From Macrostomum lignano (lineage: Eukaryota): a stretch of DNA of 50,272 nucleotides. A program made the translations under genes and the position numbers. Under the pieces are notes generated by a model. It was not told where the DNA came from. It ran no database searches and worked only from the letters and a program-made list of their open reading frames with translations. The stretch lies in assembly GCA_002269645.1 (NCBI GenBank), contig NIVC01003950.1:1-50272 (forward strand), given 5' to 3'. This document shows positions 40,234-50,272 of the stretch, piece after piece (position 1 is the first letter of the stretch; each line of letters begins with the position of its first letter).

Positions 40234-40460
40234 GACAGGGGCGCCCACCAAGAGACAGGGGCGCCCACCAAGAGACAGGGGCGCCCACCAAGAGACAGGG
40301 GCGCCCACCAAGAGACAGGGGCGCCCACCAAGAGACAGGGGCGCCCACCAAGAGACAGGGGCGCCCACCAAGAGACAGGGGGCGCCCACCAAGAGACAGG
40401 GGCGCCCACCAAGAGACAGGGGGCGCCCACCAAGAGACAGGGGGCGCCCATCAAGAGACA
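40234..40460 (+). repeat. 20-22-bp minisatellite GACAGGGGCGCCCACCAAGA, ~11 copies
   Basis: Perfect 20-mers followed by units with a lengthened G-run. Confidence 0.95.
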
Positions 40461-41367
40461 AAATATTGGCGCCCCTCCATTTAAAATTCCTGCCTGAAGA
40501 CGGCATTATGCAGACTCTAAACTAAGGACCCCTAAGGCTCCCTAAAGTTGGTCACAGAAAAGTATAGTAATTTTGAGTTGACCGCACCAGAAGAAATTGA
40601 ATTATCGCCCAGCTGAAACCAGCTCAGTCCGGAAAGACATCTATCTACACGCAGTTTTTATTCTAAAATTCGATCCACATCTAAAAACAAAGTCTTAGCT
40701 TCTAGAACTGAATCTCCCCTATACTAAGGAAGAAATTCGATGTTACAGGGCGGATCAGAGAGACAGAGAGAGGAGCTGACACCTAAATGTATTCGTCCAT
40801 GAGGCCCGGGTCTAAGTGTGCAGCGCATTGTAATGCAATTAATGACAGGCGCAAAGCAGAAAGACTTGCCAGCAGCTCAGCTCATTCTTCTTTCAGAGGC
40901 TTTCGCTACATGTAAATGCTTTGATAATTCCATCCTAGTTAGCATATCTGATTGTTACTGCAGTGAGAGAACCCATGACTGCTCTTGCATGAATGGTCTG
41001 CATCAGCTGGATTTTATATTCAAAGTGGCTGTCTCACTGCTCCAGGGTGTAGGTGTGCCTGTTTATTTTAATTGCTTTTTCCCCTCTCGTTCAACCTCTC
41101 ACAAGAAGATAACCGTCCTTGAAAACTTATCTTAGAAAAATAGATCTCCCCCAGAGCCAGGTGAACTTTTGTCTTTCTTGTCTTTCATTATTAAGCAACT
41201 CAGGTCTTTGATCCGGGCCGATCAAAGCAATTATCTGTTCGACTCCACCCCGGTGCGAAATTATAATCTTAGATCACGGACAGACTGGAATTGCGGATCT
41301 GATCTGCGCTGATCTGATCTGGGCTCAGTGTCTGAGGTGCTCTGCAATTATATAGATAAATGGATGA

Positions 41368-45130
<3,763 letters not shown>

Positions 45131-47479
45131 ATTGCAGCACACTGTCTGTAACGTACATCGATTTCTCTTTCTCTTTGTCAGCTCTGCATCAGCTGGCCCA
45201 GAAAAGCATTGGTTTGTCCGGCATTACTCCTGCGGAACCCACATTGCACTGCATGAATGCACATGGCTTTGGCGCGGCTGTAGCGCCATATTGTATTCCG
45301 GCGACTGACTGGTTGGCGCCGTTACGGTGCAGTCTTTTTACGGCGCGTAATTTCGCCTGAAGCGACACGACTACAGATAGACAGGAGCATACGGTACACA
45401 GATTACAGCGTAATTCAATTTCCTGTGCAAAACCCGTGGCATGACTTTCTCGACCTGAGACGTGCAATTACGAGCTATTCATGACTAAATATAGTGTCCC
45501 AATATGCCTTTTGAGCATCAAGCTGTAATCCCATGCAATCATTAACGCTGCGTTCTTTAAATGTCGTAATGCTCCTACTGTAGTGCAACGTTGCCTGTAA
45601 AAATTATTTCGGTAGAGTAGCTCCGTGATCTTAGAGTAAGACAATGCGAGAGACAGGTGATATAGATAATATAATTACTTCATCTCTTCTGACCTAGTGC
45701 TCCTACAGAGCTGGGTCCTGGACTGAGTAGGGAGAAAAGTGCAGCTGATCGAAAGCTGTTGGGTCATTTGCTCGACAAGCAGGAGTCCTTGTACAATGCT
45801 CTCGAACCCTCGATTGAAAGTTTCAATTCACTTTCGTTCACAAATTATTCATGGAGTCTGAAACCGGTCGGTGACCTGGTTCACCGGGCTCTCGTAGGGG
45901 AAGATTGAATCATGCCTCCCATCTATTCGAGGATAAAGTCGAAAAAATGAGCACGAGTGTCCAGCTTCTCTCAGAAGCGAGAGTTGCGTATATGCGTGTC
46001 AGCGAAGCACAAATTAATCCTTTCGGATTTTGATTTAGCTTGAGTCGCTGAGATCACTGCTCTCGGAGGCTTGGGGAGGACTGTGTCCGGGATCCTGAGT
46101 AGGAGGGGAAATAATCCTTCGAGCATTTTAGCTCAAGCTCCATTCCGACTGAGCTAGTAATCCCTGGTCGATTGGTTCTTAGATTAACGAACTGTGGCCT
46201 AGCAATCGGATGTATGTTCGAGATGTTACGAAGACCACAGCTTGAAATTTAGAACGTGATTGGAAGTTTTAAATTATTAATTTGACAAAAATCTGGGCTG
46301 AAGTTCGCTTTCTGATAGGCAGGAATCAAATCAGAGGCTTCTGAGTCAATGCAACGCCGCAACTCAAGGCTACTGTCGACCCAGAGCTACTGAGGAAGCA
46401 AGGTGACCCATCAAAGGTTGACCCTCTGGGGGCCTGAGGGCCAACTACAAAGCATTGAGTGTGTATTCGTACTCTACCTGATGAGGAGAAGGTCAAAACA
46501 GTACGTCTGTACACTCTGTGTGATGCTAGACACAGGTTTCGTTACAATAGAATTACGATTATTAATAGCCTCCTCGATGGGAGTAAACTCCAGCGATAAA
46601 TCCAGAAGTCCTTACTTATGCTAACTTACTAAGCAATCCATCAACTGTATTTGTTATATCAGATTATTATAATGCGATAATCAGTTTCACTCACCTGGAA
46701 AATGATCGTCTTGGTCCTCTGGCAGTTCTATGGTCAATATCCCTGTAGTATGGACCTTCGTCCATCTAGGTTGGGGTACGGCTATAAGAGTTCGGGACTG
46801 GGACTCCAGACTAGAAATTGAATGACCAGACGAGTGAGAGAAGCAGACTTGGCGTTCTGACTTTGTAGTGTTTAGCAATACCTTTGTTTGAAGCGATTCT
46901 ATTGACTAAAATACTAAACTGGATGTCTTCCAGCACCGTTAGTGCCGCCGAGCATGGCTGGCTGAGTCGTCTGCTCAAGCTGAGTCAGAATGCGCTGCGC
47001 AGCAGATGAGGCATGCTAGATCGTCGGTCTAATGGGGAGAATCGTGAGGGGGCGGACCCGCTAGTCCGGGAGGCCAATGGCGAGCGACTGACTGTTGAGG
47101 AGGGCATCTCAGGAACTGTAATGGACTTGACTGCGACTCTCTACTCTGCCCAGTATGCAGCATGGATTCAGAGCATTAGGCGTGAGCAGAAAACTGCAGG
47201 ACTCAATCCTGATTAGGCATGGGCGATATTGGACTCGCATTATGAGTTGGGAGACAGATGCAGCTGTACAAGGATGCAACAGCGAGAGTAGAGACTAAGG
47301 ATCCGGGTCTAATGCGGGGATATCGCTGTTCGTAGCTTTGATGAGCAACCAGTCTATTTTGCGGTTGGAAGTTGCATAACTGAACTGCTTACAATTATGA
47401 TAATAAAACTAATTGTAATTGAGAGCTAATTGTATAATTATGAAGTTTCCAGGCAAGGAACCTCCTGAAGTAGTCTCTA

Positions 47480-48155
47480 GCTATGAGCATGTGAAGCTTA
47501 TAAAATGTCTGTGAGAATTTGTAAGCTTGTCCAATGACTGTGAGCATGTGTAGCTTGTCCAATGAATGTGAGCATGTGCTGTTTGTCCAATGACTGTGAG
47601 CATGTGTAGCTTGTCCAATGACTGTGAGCATGTGTAGTTTGTCCAATGACTGTGAGTATGTGTAGTTTGTCCAATGACTGTGAGCATTTGAAGCTTTTCC
47701 AATGACTGTGAGCATGTGCTGTTTGTCCAATGACTGTGAGCATGTGTAGTTTGTCCAATGACTGTGAGCATGTGTAGTTTGTCCAATGACTGTGAGCATG
47801 TGTAGTTTGTCCAATGACTGTGAGCATGTGTAATTTATCTGTCTCCGACTGTGAGCATGTGTAGTTTGTCCAATGACTGTGAGCATGTGTAGTTTGTCCA
47901 ATGACTGTGAGCATGTGTAGTTTGTCCAATGACTGTGAGCATGTGTAATTTATCTGTCTCCGACTGTGAGCATGTGCTGTTCGTCTAATGTCTCTGACTG
48001 TGAGCATGTACAGTTTGTCTAATGTCTCTGACTGTGAGCATGTACAGTTTGTCTAATGTCTCTGACTGTGAGCATGTACAGTTTGTCTAATGTCTCTGAC
48101 TGTGAGCATGTGCAGTTTGTCTAATGTCTCTGACTGTGAGCATGTACAGTTTGTC
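47480..48155 (+). repeat. Minisatellite with core TGACTGTGAGCATGT; 28-bp units changing to 31- and 34-bp units
   Basis: 28-mer AATGACTGTGAGCATGTGTAGTTTGTCC; 34-mer TGACTGTGAGCATGTACAGTTTGTCTAATGTCTC at the right end. Confidence 0.93.
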
Positions 48156-49538
48156 TACTTGTACTTCACAGAACTCTTTGGCCATTATCACCTTAAAAGA
48201 ATTGACAAAGACTAGTAAACTGATTTCATTCCTTCATTGTCGAGAATAGGAACAAATGAAAAAGAGCATGAACTATAGTAAAGCGCATCTTCCCTTTCTT
48301 GTTGCCTCTTCTCCTAGGAGAGCCGTGCGCCGGTAGACAAAAAGGAAGCGACTGGAACAGATTTTTCGCAGAAGCATTTTTGGGGACCCTTTTGATGGGA
48401 ACAATGAATCAACGCGGATTTTCTGGGGGCTATGAGGGGATCACGAGCTCTGGAGGATCTGGGGCCGGATCTGGGCGGAAAGGACTTGAAGAATGAGGCT
48501 GCAGGCGACTCCAGCGCGGTGGAGGCGAGGAGAGATGAATGAAAAATGAACGCCATCGCCGCGGCTCCGCAGAGGAAATTAGACTCTTTAGAGAGATTGG
48601 GAGATTGGGAAGTGGGATCAGCCTCAGAAGCCGTTAGGGACCGTTTATTGAGGCAGTGGGGTTAGGGGAGATACTCATAGTTGTGCCATCTTCTTCCCTA
48701 GTTGATGCCGCTGTCCCCCACTGCCGGAAGTGCCCAGGAAGGTACACAGCATTCGTGTTCTTTCATCCGTAGTTGCTTGCGAGATAGAAAGAAGATCGGA
48801 AGTTGAAAGCCTCCATTGAAATACTCTTGCATTGGGAATAATGTATGCTTCATGTCATGCAGTCGGATGGCTAGTGAGGTATGTCATTATTATTATTAAA
48901 AGCCGACTTTTATGTTTTATAATATTGTTTAAGACGAATTCATTAGTACATCCTAAAGCAAAGCAAAAATGAATTTTTTGAATGTTTTCATCCCCCCAGT
49001 GTCCGGGATCTGCTGTTGCACTCTCGATGCAAACCTGCGAATTTGTCACATCCTGGACTTACAAAACTGGACTTACATTTCCGTCAGAAAGTGTTTGAGC
49101 TCGCTCGACTAGAAAAAAATCGTTCTACCAGTGCTGATTGGCTAGATTGCGGGCAAAATATTGCTGACAAAATAACCTTCAAATTTGCCTGGAACGCTTC
49201 AAGATTTAATAGCTAGAATTCTGCAAACGTTTTTAGCAAATTTGGGTCGAAATTTTTTAGCAATAAAAAGCCAACGTCTTTAATTCTATCTTCAATAGAT
49301 GTCCATATTTGTAACCTGGGGGCGTTTTTGGGCTTGTTCGACACGCATTGTCATTTCATCAGATACAATGCAATCAAAATTGATTGATTGCCGGTTGAAT
49401 GAAATCTACTCTTTATTCCTTTAAAAACGCATTCAATTTTATCAGATTAAATGAATTACCGCTCTAATACAGGTTCTTTTCCTGCCCAGGATTTGAAATT
49501 CATTGGGAGGATGCAGATTTACACTCTGATAAAAATTG

Positions 49539-50238
<700 letters not shown>

Positions 50239-50272
50239 AGAGCTAACAGACACATCGGCAGAGAACAAATCC

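Noticed and set aside
40216-40791. 12-bp direct repeat CACCTAAATGTA as the TSD of a 550-bp insertion
   Set aside because: No TIRs or poly-A at the inner edges; such a match can arise by chance.

Overview
Eukaryotic (metazoan) genomic DNA, not prokaryotic. Spliced GC-rich genes sit in AT-rich DNA packed with unrelated minisatellites and microsatellites. This, plus the innexin, is consistent with a free-living flatworm such as Macrostomum (inference only). Supported genes: a 6-exon group II PAK kinase (+, 9094-13338), a secreted CUB-domain gene with an in-frame TAG (+, ~16722-18479), a Methuselah-like 7TM receptor with a somatomedin-B-like N-terminus (-, 22666-20315) and a 2-exon innexin (-, 27432-24631). 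Mobile DNA: a decayed Ngaro/DIRS retrotransposon running off the left edge, two tRNA-derived SINE families (4 + 2 copies), an RTE-type LINE fragment, an internally deleted Ty3/Gypsy element with identical LTRs inside a (GATA)n tract, and four TIR elements with exact 8-bp TSDs (34 bp, 212 bp, 1.9 kb, 2.0 kb). Most notable: (i) ten TACATGTA octamers, four of them 6-bp insertions relative to paralogous repeat copies, matching Tc1/mariner excision footprints; (ii) a 34-bp TIR-only element; (iii) an in-frame Gag-RNase H fusion at a TEKE microhomology; (iv) a premature TAG in the GPCR that can double as a frame-rescuing splice acceptor. No CRISPR, rRNA or bona fide tRNA gene was found. All coordinates and translations were derived by eye.
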